Below are positions 1-14,361 of a stretch of DNA of 64,000 nucleotides, one piece after another (position 1 is the stretch's first letter; every line of letters starts with the position of its first letter). The position numbers were made by a program, and so were the translations under genes. A model generated the notes under the pieces. That model was not told the DNA's origin. It searched no databases and worked only from the letters and a program-made list of their open reading frames with translations. This DNA comes from Lytechinus pictus. Its lineage: Eukaryota. The stretch lies in assembly GCF_037042905.1 (NCBI RefSeq), contig NC_087251.1:124001-188000 (forward strand), given 5' to 3'.

Positions 1-576
1 CTCTAACCCTGTTTTTTCACCTCAGCTATATGTGTTTCTTGCCAGTTAAAGTTCAAATGTATACATTAGGGCATGGAATTAGAGTAAGGTTAGGCTGAAG
101 TATATGAAGTTATCTTTTTTTTAATTGATCGCGCAACTTCTGGTCGGGTCGGCTCCGGGCGGGTAAAATCTTTATATCAATTTCTGCCGTTACCTCCATA
201 AAGTCAACTTCTCCCGCTTTTCAGCTCATTACTAAACAACCATAATTTTGGGGCAAACGGGTTCCTAATTTAAAAAGAGGAATGTATCAAATTCGTGTCG
301 TATTAAATAAAAAAGTACAATATATTTTTATCAAATTCTATTAATCTTCATGTCATTTCCCTGCACATTCATCTCCTGTCCTGTTTTGCGCCCTCAGTTT
401 GAAATTTTGAATGACACTTAGGTTTCTTTATAATTCCAAATGAAGCGCTTCAGGATAAGTCAAAGAAATTAGGCATCCTTTTTTATATCATTTCAATAAA
501 TCACAGAAGTTTCAACTTTTTGCGCACTACTTTCCTTGTAATGAAGTTCAATAATCTTAGGAAATCAATTGAATTA
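1..576 (+). repeat. Dispersed repeat; second copy of the internal sequence of the hAT-like element at 10128
   Basis: Near-identical direct match to ~10374-10945 (ccctgtttt..cacctcagcta through aatcaattgaattag). Confidence 0.9.
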
Positions 577-834
577 GCCATCCAGCCATCAGTCGTAATG
601 TACATGCATGTGTGGTGCGGGTGTCGCGGGAAAGAATTTTGCACACGAAAAGCAGATCTGTAGGGCCTGTAACCCCCCTGTAACACAAAGCTTAGCATTG
701 ATTGTAGAGCAGTTTTCTACGTTTGATTCTATTGACTATAATGTACAATCAATCTTAAAAATCAAGTGTATGATTAAGCATTAACTTTTGTGTTAGGGGA
801 CCCTAATATTAGCGTCCGTGAGGATTGCGAAAGG

Positions 835-3800
835 TCCCAAATCTTAAATGAATACGCATTTCACTATGATTCGGATAGTAGAAATCGGTTGAAATTGTTT
901 TCTGGACAGCTAATATATTTTGAAATAAATGAAAATTTATCCCGAAACTGTCATGCTATTGGGCAAAAATTTGCATGTGCATTGATATCTATCTGTTCAA
1001 TCATTAACATCAACAACTATTGCAAAATATCAGCATTCGACACGAAAGAGGATATATTATACCGAGAATACTGAAACGCTTCATGACAGTATATATGAAT
1101 GTCTTAATTTGCTTAGTTAAAGGGCAACTACCATGTATTACTCGATAATGCGATAAAATGACACCAAAAAGCAACCTCTGTCTCTTAGTCACACCCGCAA
1201 GAGCCTGAGGAAGGTGCCCTTACCTTATCAGTAGCTTGACTATAAAATATCGTGCTTTCTTGGAGCCCCCAATGTGGCAAGATGGTGTATCCTCTATGTA
1301 GAAAAACAATTCTTATTTTATTGAAATTACTTGGAGACAAAACAGTAGGCTTTTCTCTATCAGCTACATTATAAAGAAGTGCGGGCACAGCAAAGCCTAC
1401 CCTCCCCCCCCCCTTTCCGGGACCGCCGAAGTCCCCCCCCCCCCCCATCCCTTTTTCGTATTTTGCCTATTTATGGGAAAGTATGCCATTTTGGAGCCCC
1501 CATTGAGTAAAAAAAAGGTTTCTGCTATGTAGTAAAACCACTTTTATTGTTTTGAAACTATATGGAGACAAAAGAGTAGAGTTTCTTCTATCTGCTACAT
1601 AGTTATAAAGAAGTGCTGGCATATTGAAGCATACCCCTTAGGGGGTCACCGAAATCACCCACCCCTTTTCCATATTTTACCTTTTTATGGGAAAATATGC
1701 CATTTTCGAGCCCCCATTGAGGCAAAAAGTGTTTCTGCTATGTAGTAAAGCCACTTTTATTGTTTTGAAACTACGTGGAGACAAAGTAGTAGCCTTTCCT
1801 TTATCTGCTGCTAATAAGTGCTTGCGCAGCAAAGCCTATCCCCCTCAGGGGGTTCCCAAAGTCACCCACCCCTTTTCCATATTTTTTCAATATATGGGAA
1901 AATCTGCCCAATTTGGAGCCTCTAAAGAGGGTAGAAGTCGATGTGCCAGCACTCTTTTTACATGTAGCTGATAGAAAAAAGCCTATCTTTCATTTCCAAG
2001 TGGTTTCCAAAATCAGAACTAGCTTTACTATACAGTGCGTATCAACAAAAGTTTACACTTTGAAAAAGCCCTGGGAATTAAGAAATATACAACATGTGGG
2101 TAATTTTTTCACATATAATCTTGTGTTTGGGTCTCATCTTTCCAATGAAAGTAAAAGTTTTGACAGAATGTTACACTTGAGTGAACACTGCCCAATTTTT
2201 AAAGCTCGTAGAAATCTGTTTGCGCAGAAATGCTCGTTTTCACGCTGTGTCAAGGGGAAAGGGCGAAATCAAACTTACCCTGCGAAACATTTTTTATACT
2301 TTTCCCTTGCACTTTTAGTCAATCAAAATAAAACGGATATATTCAAGGATTTTGAACAATTTTGCCACCCTAATTAAGATTTTAACACTGAGTAAGAACA
2401 ACCTTTACCCTTTTTGTGCCAGCTGGATCTGAGGACATAACTGAATCTGAACAAAAGTTTATATCAGACATCTCCAGCATTTTTTCACTAAGTTTTTATC
2501 ATCTAAAGTGGGTTTACATTTCATTTTCTTTTAATACTTGTTTCTCCACACTTTTCCCAAGCTTGACAATGATTAACAAAATGAAAATCAAGCCTTAGCC
2601 ATTTCGTGTAAATCACAGCTCAGTGTAAAGCAAATATCGTCACGATGGCCTTGGTGTGTGGGGAATGGGGTGGGGCGCAACGCACTCTTCGAAGTATTTT
2701 GGGCAAAGAAACAAGTCTAAAAAGGTAAAAAGATAGCTTCATATCAATTTTACTAGCTAGATTCCACGTGTTCTTCATGATTCAGGTCTACTTTTTTCGC
2801 ATAACTATTTCAAAGTTCTGCGCAATTCAAACTTTTCAAAAGTAAGTGGTGCTCACTCTAGCGGAAATATTTTTCGACAGTTATATCGTCATTTGCTTAA
2901 ATGGATCTGTACCAATGTTAAAATGTGGAAAAATCTTCAGGATATTACAAATGTATAATTTTACAGGATTTTTTCTAAGTCTAAACTTTTTTTGATACGC
3001 ACTGTATAGCAGAAATGCCCTTTTGCCTGAATGGGGGCTCAAACACTGCAATTTTTTCAATAAAGAGGCAAAAAAGGCGGGGAGAGTTCGGCAGCCCCTG
3101 AAGGGGAAAGGCTTCGGTGTGCCAGCACATCTTTATATGTAGCTGATAAAGAAGATCCTACTTTGTCATCTCCATGTGGTTACAAAACAATAAAAGTGGT
3201 TTTACTGCAAAGCAGAAACACCTTTTGCCTCAATGGTTCTCCAAAATGGCGAATTTTTCGAAAATGGGCAAAATACGAAAAAGGGATTGGATGACTTTAG
3301 CAGCCCACTGATGAGGTAGTAGGCTTTGCTATGCCCTAACTTCTTTATATGTAGCTGATAGAGAAAAGCCTACTCTTTTGTCTCTAAGTGATTTAAAGGG
3401 GAAAAAATTACATACCCAAAACAACATTTTGCCACATTGGGTGCTCCGAAAAGCACGATATCTTAATAGTCAAGCTACAGATAAGGGTGGGGTACCTTCT
3501 ACAGGCTCTTGTGAGACTATGCTTTAAGGTGCCCGAAAGTACTTGCATGCAAAATGAAAATGCAGAGCAATGCCTCGATCCTCTAACTTTTTCAAGAGGT
3601 TTCATTATTATTAAAGTTGCTTTGTGTAGAAAACGCCGTTTACCCTCATACAAGTAATATATACCTTTCTATCGCTACGCACGTTACATGCCTTTCTGCG
3701 TGGTAGGCACATCAACAAAGGCGATGCAAGATAAAACAGATAGATGTCAATGCACATGAACATTTTGGACCAAAATTATTGAATGAACTTATTTTTTCAA

Positions 3801-3887
3801 AATATATTAACCGGACTATCCAGAAAACGATTTCTACCGATTTCTAAATCATAGTGAAATGCGTATTCATTTAAGATTTAAGATCCC
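835..3887. mobile_element. Foldback-like non-autonomous element with long imperfect inverted arms and ~210-230 bp internal subrepeats
   Basis: aatcttaaatgaatacgcatttcactatgat (~840) is the reverse complement of atcatagtgaaatgcgtattcatttaagatt (~3850). ggagcccc-anchored units at ~1261, 1492, 1707 and 1914 are mirrored in 3007-3450. Confidence 0.7.
2033..3004. mobile_element. Tc1/mariner-type MITE
   Basis: TIRs cagtgcgtatcaacaaaagttta / taaactttttttgatacgcactg, flanked by TA on both sides. It interrupts a host subrepeat that resumes afterwards. Confidence 0.85.
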
Positions 3888-6269
3888 ATTGTCAGACTCT
3901 GTGAAAAAAGTATGAAAATATTTGATTTTCATTTTTAAAATCCAAGAGGGCCGCCAAAGACATCAATTTTGAACCCCGTGGGACACGATTTTGCAAAGGG
4001 AACATCAAGATTCATTAACTAGACACTTCAGGCAATACAAAAACGTTGATTAAAAATATATTTTGATGGTGCACAGGAACCCCCATTTCCGACTCGACTA
4101 CAATAATGCAGTTATACATGAGTTTCGTTGTTGAAAACTAGGGTGTAAACGTAGCCTATAGACTGCCCAGTGGGCAATCAATCTTTGCTGAAATCATTTA
4201 TTTATCAGCAGAGACATAATGAAGATGAAAATATGTTGTTTGGAAGATTTAATATCATGTAAAATGCAGGAAACATCAATAAAGTAGGCATATCGTTCGC
4301 ACACCTCAGCAATATGGTGAAATGGGCCAAAAGACGCACGATTTCTATGTACGCACCATATTAAAAAGGGGGCTGAAATCACAGTCTATAATGTCATTTT
4401 CAATTACTGACATATATTTTCTAAAAGTAGAGATATAGATAAAAAGAACGATATCATGCTTGACAGGAAATATATCAAAGAAAGTACACTAAAATAGAAA
4501 ATAAATTTCTAAATCGATTTTCGACAATTTTTAAAGCAAGAAATCTCCCAAACTAATGATATGCAAATTTCATGACATAATCTGCATATGTAAACAATAA
4601 TTTCTGTTCGTGAAATTTTGCATGTTTCTTTTGCACTACTTGAACAATATATTTTGAAAGTTTCATATAAAACAATCTTGGTTTAGCTGAGATATCCTCC
4701 CTTGACTTCATGCTATGTGTAGAATGTCTAAAAAGTGGTGAAATAGGGCCATTTTGTAGTGACGTCATAGAATACGTCATTTCGACGGGAAGACCACGGA
4801 TAAAACCCGACAGCAATGCATTTTTATAAACTTTAGGGTCCATGCCATCCAGCTATGGGGTCATTTGCTTGTCCGGCTTTCGGTTGAATAAATCTCCTGT
4901 GCTGTCGGACTATAACCCCGGACTATCCTTAACCCCATACTATCTTCTCATTTTTTTGGGGGGGGGGTCACACAATGTCTTTCTTTACCCCATACTGTTT
5001 GCTTAGCCGGGTTAACGTCTTTAAGCTAAATGACAGTAGGCTAGTTGCAGTAAAATACTGATTTCGTGAGAAAGTCTGTAAAACCAAGGTTAAGTATTAC
5101 TATATCATCGTGGATCTAGATCTGGTACAGTTACATAAACTGAACTTTGTGAAATCATAATATATAAGCTAAAAAAAAAACCATCACACTGAAGATCGCC
5201 AACACAGATAGGCACACGTGGGACAGTGTGTTATTATTGCTGGAATAAAGACCCGACGGAATTTGACAGAATCCGCGCTTATTTTGCTTATTTCTCAGCA
5301 ATTACACAATTTCTTCCAGAGGCTTTGGCACATATTTTTTATTCATACAAACAGACACTTTGGTGATCATTATATTAAATTCTGTAAAAAGTCATTTTGA
5401 GAACGTCCCCACAACTGGAATTTATCTTTAACCCCGGACTATCGCACAGGTGAGGTGCGGAAAAATAAGAGATCTATGGAAAAACCATGGTGTTCTTTTA
5501 AACTTAATTAATATTAATATTATTGGTGTGCGGTGTGTGTGTGTGTGTCCGATTGTGTTTTGTTTGTGCTGGTGCTTTAGATGACGGAGGGGTGTTTTGA
5601 AGACAGATTAAACTTCTCTCAGAACTTCAGTTAAATTATGTTGCATGCTCATGTTTAAACAATTATCAATGATGTACATGTATTTATTTTAATATGAAAA
5701 TTTGAAATGTGTGGTTGATTGTACTATAATAAATATTTTTTTTATTTTGGAGAGAAATAAAACATTACTTAAAAAAATATTGATGATTTTGCCACACAGA
5801 GCGTGATTAACGTGTAATTTCGACTTTTGTTATTGGCTAATGCTTATTTAGCCCCACTTTTCCTTAGCCCGGTTTCGTTTCACACTGCATCTCTTAGCAC
5901 CGCAATAAGCCGGCTAACCCTACATTTTGGCAGGGGAGATAGTACCGTATTATTTACCGTGCTATAGCCCACTTTGCTCGTGTGAAAACGAAGTGGGCTA
6001 AGCTTAACCCCGGGAAATTGGTTGGGCTAAGCATATTTTCAGGCTTTATAGATAATAAATTGACAGATAAATGTACATATTGCAATATGCTACTGATATT
6101 CAACCAAAAGACTGAAGACAAATAATATCATTTTTCTAGCGCTTTATGTGACGGGGAATCCATCCATGATCTCAGTTTTTATTTTTTAAACTAATGCAAT
6201 CATCGAAACCAGCGTTTGAGCAAATTAGCATAAAAAATAGCGTTATCCATTTTTTATTTAGCTCATTAT

Positions 6270-8014
6270 GTATATTATGTTGCAATTCTCAAATGAAAAA
6301 AAAATAATTGTGGAGTTCCCCAGGGTAGTCTTTTAGGCCCGATTTTGTTCATAGTTTATATTAATGATTTTTGTAGATCATCAGATGTTCTTTCTTTCAT
6401 TCTCTTTGCGGACGACTCTAACTTATTTTTTCACATAAAAATCCTCTTCACCTTGCTAATATAATCAACTCTGAACTAGAAAATGTCACCGAATGGATAA
6501 GAGCAAATAAATTGTCACTAAATCTTCAAAAAACTAAATATATGTTGTTTAGCAACTCTATAATACACTTCCTGTTGATATTATTTTAGATGGAACTCCC
6601 TTGGAAAATGTATCCCATATTAAGTTTCTTGGAATAACAGTCGATAATAAGCTCTCATGGAAATTTCACATAGATAACATATGTAAAACTATTTCACGCA
6701 ACATTGGTATAATTAACAAGCTTAAATTTTGTTTACCATTATCGTCCCTGCTTACATTATAGTCATCCCTTATATTGCCTTATTTAAGTTATGGAATTTT
6801 AGCGTGGGGTAATACACAACAAATACTCTTAGACAATTTTTTTAAACATAAAATATTGAAAATTAAACACTTATATTTGTTTAATCTCGGTCAGTTTATG
6901 TATAACTATAACAACAACAACCTCCCAAATGTATTTAATTCAATGTTTCCAAAAAATCAATCCATTCACAACTATCCAACAAGGCGATTGGGTGAATTTC
7001 ATTTACCACTTTTAAGAACTTTGCGGGCTCAGAACACATTTATATATGATGGACCGAAGTGATGGAACTCACTTCATAATGATATAACAAATGCAAAATC
7101 TTTGAACTCTTTTAAGACTAAATTAAATTATCTCTATAAAAACCTTATAATATACTCCCAAGTTAAGTTTGATTCATCATCTCTGTCAAGTCATCATTAT
7201 TACTTTAAAGACTACAATTAAAACATAAAATAATTATTATCCTTTTTTTATTTAAAAAAAAAAAATTAAAATCTGACACAAGTCCTTCTCAGATGTGCTC
7301 ATTATTGAACCTCATACATTATTGTGTCTATCCTCTCTATTTTCTCCTCTCCTGTCCGCTTATCCGCCTTCCTACCGGTTATTTGTTCACGGAATCAATC
7401 ACATTCTTCGTGCATTATATTCTTTCCAGGTTATTTTATATTTTTCTACTTTTATACACATCATTGAATCCAGTTTGCTTGAGTCCACGACGGCATATGT
7501 TCTATCTACATACATGCAGCAGCACCCATCCATCTTCTCAGGGCATTCTCCCCTTTTTACTTCTCTTTTTTTTGGGGGGGTGGGGTGGGGAAGGGCGGAT
7601 ATTTATAGGACGGGTTGTTTTGTCCTTTATCAAACTATATATTTCTGATAACTTTGTATTTATTTTGTATTTCCCTCTCATGTATTTATTTTTTCCTCAT
7701 TTGATTATCTGTATTTATACTTTGTTATTTTGTTATTTGTTGTGTTATCTATTTTTTGAGGGGCCCACATTGTACAAGCATTGATTTTTAGTCGGTCCCC
7801 CCATTTCCATCTTAATTTAATTTACATTGAAAAATTAGTATACATATTTAAAACCTACAATGTGTTGCCGAAATTGACTAAGTGTTTTTTTCACAACATA
7901 TGTATCATTAATTTTGTTTGCAACGGATACAAATATTTATGTTTATATATGGTATACAATTTGTTTTTGTTTGATGGAAGTGAAATAAATAAATTTGAAT
8001 TTGAATTTGAATTT
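6270..8014 (+). mobile_element. 5'-truncated, decayed CR1/L2-type LINE (RT C-terminal part, 3'UTR, (TTTGAA)n tail)
   Basis: From 6309 reads CGVPQGSLLGPILFIVYINDF...LFADDSN; ORF 6775 PYLSYGILAWG; frameshifts and stops; ends aataaataaatttgaatttgaatttgaattt. Confidence 0.9.
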
Positions 8015-8134
8015 ATTATGCTAATTGCGACGGCCATTGTTTAAAGGGAAAATCTAGTGTCATAAATGAAAATTTCGTCATAGAAAACCGTAAACACCTG
8101 TATTATGTATTTTGGGGGCTTCTTGATATATATA

Positions 8135-9907
8135 CACAACAAAAAAAGTAAGTCCCCCCTTAAACAAACATCAATAATTTCCGAACCAATGCGAGTTTTT
8201 AATATATTTTTACATGAGCGTGTAGGTAATTTTATAAGCTACCCTCTGAGTAAACGTTATGGACGTATTTCACTTCATGCTTCAGTGAGCACCGTCAGAA
8301 GGCAAAAATGTCACTTTTCAAAAGTCACAAGCCAAATATCATGACTTTGATTCCATTTTATTTGAACTAATTCCACATTCTCATCATAAAAAATAGTCAG
8401 AAGGCTTGTAAAAGGTACTTTCTAAAAGACGATACAACTTTTTTGGCTAAATTTCACGGTTGAATAAACACAAGTCCAAATTTGCTATAATTTGATTTTT
8501 TACACATTTATATCAATAAAAATGATAGAATATGATGACAGTTATTTTTGGAAGAGTTTCTTCAACAATATTCATCATTTCACGGTTCAATGAACATTTA
8601 TGGAAAACAAAAAATACGATTTTCAAATATCATAGGCAAGTATTGGTTTATTTTTGGGAACTGAAAATGATCTTTTCTCAACTTTTTCGTTATGTTCATG
8701 ACCAATTAACATGCTTCAATGATTCAAAGGCGTTTAATTAAATATCCACACTTTAATGAACATGTGGAATGCGATTAGCTCTTTTTTACGTTATTGGAAA
8801 AAATGCAATTTGTTACTATGGATATCTGTCACAAACCTCCTTGTATAGTTCATTTGATTTTATTTTTATGAAAATCCCGATGTTTAATGCATCAGTGAGC
8901 ACACAATATTCGAAAATTATGCAAATTAGAAGAAAGTTCAAGGCCTTGGCCTCACTCTGTGTCGTATCGAATGGTTATTTTGGTGTGTGCGCCTTTTGGA
9001 TAGTGTTACTCTGAAGCCATGTACGAAGTTTCATGAAATAACTATTGGCAGAAGTAACAAAAACCGTCCATGAAACAAACCCTCATTTCATATTTGTTAA
9101 AATTTTGACTTCGTCTCTCATAGACTTGTGTACATTATGGGTGCACATGTTTAAGAATAAGTAACCCCTTATTCAATATGGTGGAACTTTTTTTCACGGC
9201 TGTCTTTAGCAATGTCACTTGGCAGTAATGTTTATCAACCTATGGGCAGAATTCTGTGCAAAAATGAAATCGATTTGGTTATTTATGGATGAGTGAGCAC
9301 GCATCAAAGTGGGAAAATTGGTAATTTCAATGTCACAGACTCATTTTAAAGGGTAATAAAGTAAATATTGGGGGCAAATTCGGTTTCAAATAAGACTTAA
9401 ATTGCTATTGTTTTATCATCCATCATTCCTATCACCACACACTTTCCGAACTTTAAACATTTTCATGGTTGAGCGAGCACATTCGAAAACTTAGGAATGA
9501 ATACTCTTTATACTGCATAAATGTATTCTTTTCCTAACAATTTCTCATGATCAGTTTAATTTATGGACAAATCAGTGGTGGGTCCAGAATTTTAAAATGG
9601 GGGAGGGGCCTATAATCGGGGTAGCCACCAACATTTTCAAATTTTAACATGATCTAACAAGTTGTAGAGGATACTATCATAAACCCCCCTATGATGATAC
9701 GTCACAATACAGGGGCCGGGGAAGGGTTTTCAAAGTGGGGGGGGGGGGGGCTGACCATGCAAAAAATCATAATCCTATGGTAATTTTTACATTTTTGTAC
9801 ATGCTTTTGGAAAAAAGTGGGGGGGGGGACTGAAGCTCCCCGCCCACCCCCCCCCCCCCTCGCTTCCGCGGCCCCTGTAATACATTGTGCTCACTCAACC
9901 ATGAACA
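8135..9907 (+). mobile_element. Truncated copy of the ~2.1-kb TA-flanked TIR element also at 47065-49168
   Basis: Starts TA-cacaacaaaaaaagtaagtccccc and is colinear with 47065-48850. The right TIR is missing. Confidence 0.9.
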
Positions 9908-10120
9908 AATTGATGCTCGAAATAGGGGGCGCCAAATTGATATTTAAACAAGGGGTGCCAAATTGATGTTTGAACTAGGAGGTGAGGCCGAATTGATGTT
10001 TGAACTAGGGGGGGGGCGTCGAATTGATGTTCGAAATGGTGTGGCGCCAAATTTGATGTTCGAACGTTCGAACTAAGGGAGCGCCAATTTGATATTTGAC
10101 GAGAGGAGACAAATTCATGT
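9908..10120 (+). repeat. ~30-bp tandem repeat (aaattgatgttcgaactagggggcgcc-like)
   Basis: About 7 degenerate units; similar units resume at ~17610-17700, after the 10128-17573 insertion. Confidence 0.75.
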
Positions 10121-13100
10121 TTCAGACCAGGCGCGTAGCCAGGGGGGCGGTGGGGGCGGTCGCCCCCCAAAAAAACGTCCCCAAAAAGAAAAAAAGAAGG
10201 AAAAAAAGAGAGGGAAAAGGGAAAGGGAAGAAAGGTAGCTTTGTGTTTTTTTGTTCTTTTTATTCTTTTTTTCTCAAAAGAGAAACTCCTTCACTCTTGC
10301 TCTAAATTCATATATAAATTTTGCTTCCGCGCTGCGCGCGGTTAAATGACAATACTGAAGTTCTCCATTGTTTCCCAACCCTGTTTTTCCACCTCAGCTA
10401 TGTGTGTTTCTTGCCAGTTAAAGTTCAAATGTATACATTAGGGCATGGAATTAGAGTAGGCCGAAGTATATGAAGTTATCTTTTTTTTTTTTTTGATCGC
10501 GCAACTTCTGGTCGGGTCGGCTCCAGGCGGGTAAAATCTTTATATCAATTTCTGCCGTCACCTCCATAAAGTCAACTTCTCCCGCTTTTCAGCTCATTAC
10601 TAAACAACCATAATTTTGGGGCAAACAGGTTCCTAATTTTAAAAGAGGAAGGTATAAAATTCGTGTCGTATTGAATAAAAGAGTACAATATTTTTTATCT
10701 AATTCTATTAAACTTCATGTCATTTCCCTGCACATTCATCTCCTGTCCTGTTTTGCGCCCTCAGTTTGAAATTTTGAATGACACTTAAGTTTCTTTATAA
10801 TTCCAAATGAAGCGCTTCAGGATAAGTCAAAGAAATTAGGCATCCTTTTTTATATAATTTCAATAAATCACAGAAGTGTCAACATTTTGCGCACTATTTT
10901 CCTTGTAATGAAGTTCAATGATCTTAGAAAAATCAATTGAATTAGAGCCGATGGGGTATTAGAGATATCTGCATTTGATGAAACGTCCGCTCTTTGAAAT
11001 TCCAGAGTTGCTCAGCGCGGGAAGGAATATCTTCCTCCCGGCATATACACTTCTTCTCCTTTGTTTTGCGAGTTAAAGATATGCACTGTCGCTAAAGTGT
11101 TTGTAATCGAATCTGATCTTTCCAAGGGAAGTATTCAATATATCATTGAGAATACCCTTTTCTCGGGACCCTTTTCATGGCAAAAAAATTTGATAAAACG
11201 CTTCAGCTTCCGCGCTTCACGCGGGGTTATTATTATATTAATTTCCTCCATTGCATTCCTTTTTTGTGCGTTCACAATCACTTTTGAAAACAAGGTTCAT
11301 GAAAACAAGGTTCAAAATCACAATACAGTCAACTGAATTGGAGCTGATATAGGTCCTAGAGACAAGAGAGACGGCTCCTTTTCATTTTCATTTATGAAAC
11401 ACCAAAAGCTTCGCGCTTTGCGCGGGAGGCGAAATTATTTTTCCCACCGAGTTCTGGACCGACATATGAATATTCATGACTTGCGTCTTCGGATTGAGAG
11501 TACGCATGCGCGTGGACTTGGTCTCGACCAGTGCCGATCGTAAGCATTCACGTTGCTCAGAATGAATTAGCATCGTCAAATTACCGGTACCCTTACATAG
11601 TTACATAGGCCTTATAGGCTTAGATCTATATATATATATACATCCAATTCTTAAACACTTATCAAACTAGCTGCCATTAATGGCAAGACATGTGCTAGGG
11701 TAGGGCTAGCTTAGGCTAGCGCATTAACTTTACCTCAAATCTGGACCTGTCTAATGCCTAATACTATTAGGAATAGCCGACTAATGCCATGGTTAACTTC
11801 GAACTTGTTAATTCCGAACTTTACGTTTGATTAGGTTTGGACCAATATTAGCTTATTTACCATGGTTTAATATGTCTAGTCCGTATACAGAACCAGTCCT
11901 AGATCTAAAATAAATATCTTAGTTCTAGTCTAGTCTCTAGATCTAGACTCTGATCTACGCGCTAGCAGCATGGAACCACTAGTGTACCAAAGGGGGGGGG
12001 CAGACTGCCCCCCTGACGAGTCACAACTGATCCAGGGGATGTGCCCCCCCTTGAGAAGCCAAATTAATAATTTGTAATGTCAAGATGCAACGAAAAAAGA
12101 CGTATGTCCCCTCTTTTGAACGTGAAGATCTTTTTTTTTTCTTGTCAAATTTTTTTCAGCTACGAAATCCTTAATTTTGGGTGAAGACGGGGATCAAGAT
12201 CACTGACGTTAATTTGTGCCTGACGTTAGAATACGTTCCATGCACGCACTGGTGTACCTAGGATTTTCCAAAAGGGGGGCAAATTTTTTAGAGGATATTT
12301 CGTCCGCGAAAAAATGTGGCAAGCCCCTCCCCCCAAAAAAAAGGGTCTTCACCCCAAATTATGGATTTCTTAGCTGAAAAAAAAATTGACAAGCAAAAAA
12401 AAAAAGAAAAAATGATCTTCACGTTCAAAAAAGGGGACATACGTCTATTTCATTGCATTTTTACATTACAAATTATTAATTTGGCTTCTCAAAGGGGGCA
12501 CGTCCCCTGAATCAGTTGTGACTCGTCAGAGGGACAGTCTCCCCCCCCCCCCCTTGGTACACTAGTGGTTCCATGCTGATACAGCGTAGATCAGAGTCTA
12601 GATATAGAGACTAGACTAGAACTAAGATAATTTTTTTTTTAGATTCAGAGTCTAGATATAGAGACTAGACTAGAACTAAGATAATTTTTTTTTAGATCTA
12701 GGACTGGTTTTGTATACGGACTAGACATATTAAACCAGTGCAAATAAGCTAATATTTGTCTAAACCTAATTAAACGTGAAGTTCGGAATTAACCAGTTCG
12801 AAGTTAACCATGGCATTAGTCGGCTATTCAGTGTTGTAGTCAAGGCTCAAACCTCCAAGGCCAAGGCTTTAATACCCAAGGCCAAGGCTTCAATACCAAA
12901 GGCCAAGGCCAAGGCATGGAAACCCAAGGCCAAGGCCTGAAAACCTCAAGGCCAAGGCATTTCAAACTTACGATATACAGAACAATGAACTAACAATACT
13001 TAGGCGCAGGGGCGTAGACAACGGGGGGGGGGGTGAGGGGGATGCATCCCCCCCACCTCACAAGGTGGGGGGATGGCATGTACAATCATCCCCCCCCCCC

Positions 13101-13137
13101 CAGGTTTTGGGGAATGATATTTGGTTACTTAATAAGT

Positions 13138-13225
13138 CATAATGATGATAATAATAGTAATAATAATAATGATAACAATTATAATATTAATAATAATAAT
13201 AATTATGATGATGATAATAATAATC
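13138..13225. repeat. (AAT/GAT)n microsatellite
   Basis: Direct reading; it explains the poly-N and poly-I ORFs. Confidence 0.9.
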
Positions 13226-14199
13226 CTCATCATTATTGTAATTGTGTTTATTGTTATTAGCCGCATTCACACGGTGAAAGCCAATTCAGACGGTAAAAAA
13301 AAAGAAAATCTTACAAGTATTTACTGGGCAGGAACGAAAAGAGGCGCAAGATATTTGGTTTCTAAGACACAAATTTGCAAGACTACAAAAGTAAAACTGA
13401 CTAAGAGACCGATATGTTTGTTTGTTGAGCCATGAATGCTCCTTAAGTAAGTTTACCAACTTACCGCATGTCTCTATTATCTGATTAGCAACTGTTAATC
13501 AAGCTGTTTTTGGTATGGGAATGAAGCAACAACTTTTTTCTTTTCATCGAGACTACTTTTCAGGCACGAACCGAGTACTAGCAATACCTTCTCATATATG
13601 ATATGTATTATATTTATTTATTTATTTATTAGTTTATATCAGATTATATTACAGGTATATGATATTTATACATATATATATACATTATATGCATTTATTT
13701 ATTTATTTATTTATTTATATATTTATATATTTATATACACGTTATTTTCTCAAGTCGGTTTTTATTGAAATACATGTGTGGTCTGGCCCACTCGTGTTAT
13801 AGGCATTATACATTGTGTGCAAAATGCATCAGCGCAATCTAAAACAGAATAGAAAATGAATGTGATACAACAGTATACATAATAATTCGTGACAGAGAGT
13901 ACCATACTACTATCTTTATAACAAGTATTATTCAAACAAACATATATAATTATGTATAATCATGAATTGTTCAACTTCATGCTCCCACTATATGACTATT
14001 GTTACACTAATACTGATATCAGGACTGACTGGTATACATTAGTTTGTTGTTAAGCTTGCAGCAGCTACATCTTTTCTGTATTGTTAACTATTTATTTATT
14101 TTTGTTTTATTTAAGATGCACTTTGTTTTGTATTCATTTAAAGTATGTTGATTGATGCATGAAGACATAAGTTTGAAATGTTTAAAGAAGTTTGTTTCA

Positions 14200-14297
14200 T
14201 GTAAAGCGCAGTGTGAATTTACCCTGTCTTGAAATGCGAGATAAAAGGAACCTATTAGTATTAGCATTATTATTTGTATTAGTATTATTTTTTATTT

Positions 14298-14360
<63 letters not shown>
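14200..14360 (+). repeat. (ATT)n microsatellite preceded by a probable L2-type 3' end
   Basis: tgtaaagcgcagtgtg...gaaatgcgagataaaag followed by ~20 ATT units. Confidence 0.6.

Positions 14361-14361
<1 letters not shown>

Noticed and set aside
7293..7784. 163-aa hydrophobic ORF
   Set aside because: It lies in the T-rich 3'UTR of a LINE and is a compositional artefact.
8105..8344. Repeated ORF IHNKKSKSPLKQTS (also 47041-47325)
   Set aside because: It spans the TIR of a non-autonomous element and has no transposase motifs.
11388..11579. Duplicated small gene MTMLIHSEQRECL (also 17293-17511)
   Set aside because: Artefact of the 750-bp inverted repeat; TTG start and no splice or homology support.
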